A DNA stretch of 64,000 nt from Squalus acanthias (Eukaryota), in assembly GCA_030390025.1 (NCBI GenBank), contig CM059432.1:81842001-81906000 (forward strand). Reading direction: 5' to 3'. The translations under genes were made by a program, and so were the position numbers. Positions within the stretch are counted from its first letter, which is position 1. Each line of letters begins with the position of its first letter. The notes beneath the pieces were generated by a model. The model saw nothing but the letters and a program-made list of their open reading frames with translations, made no database searches and was not told the DNA's origin. Positions 63,837 to 64,000 of the stretch are shown piece by piece.

Positions 63837-64000
63837 GGTTAGAGTCAGTAATATTTAGTATAACCAGAACACTAAAAGACAATTCAGAACTCCAAACCAT
63901 TTCTATTGGTACATATACATTGGAACATCCTGTGATCTGTAATTCTTCAATTTATTTCTCATTGCACTTGCACAAGTTTCAAAGTGAAATCTTTCCACTT

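Noticed and set aside
1..64000. CRISPR arrays, operons or other prokaryotic systems
   Set aside because: The content is entirely vertebrate-type repeats, with no regularly spaced repeat-spacer array.

Overview
Repeat-dense vertebrate DNA, most likely from a cartilaginous fish (shark): it carries HE1/V-SINE-like and SacSINE1/Deu-domain-like SINEs with CR1 and L2 partner LINEs. I recognised no host protein-coding gene, so the window is probably intergenic or intronic. It holds nested and fragmented CR1 LINEs, a second non-LTR LINE family, L2 3' ends, a decayed Gypsy pol, a Penelope-like element (RT + GIY-YIG), five PIF/Harbinger elements (spliced Myb/SANT-like gene plus HARBI1-like transposase) and many MITEs. 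Highlights: (1) five copies of a short Penelope-type terminal repeat, three with an intact minimal type I hammerhead ribozyme showing covariation and one forming a perfect 158-bp palindrome with a TSD; (2) a duplicated ~240-bp unit matching no repeat I recognise, whose copies each keep a 43-codon minus-strand ORF with the same start and stop; (3) a spliced Harbinger Myb gene that reads in frame across its introns; (4) locally templated duplications. All calls were made by eye, and family names need database confirmation.
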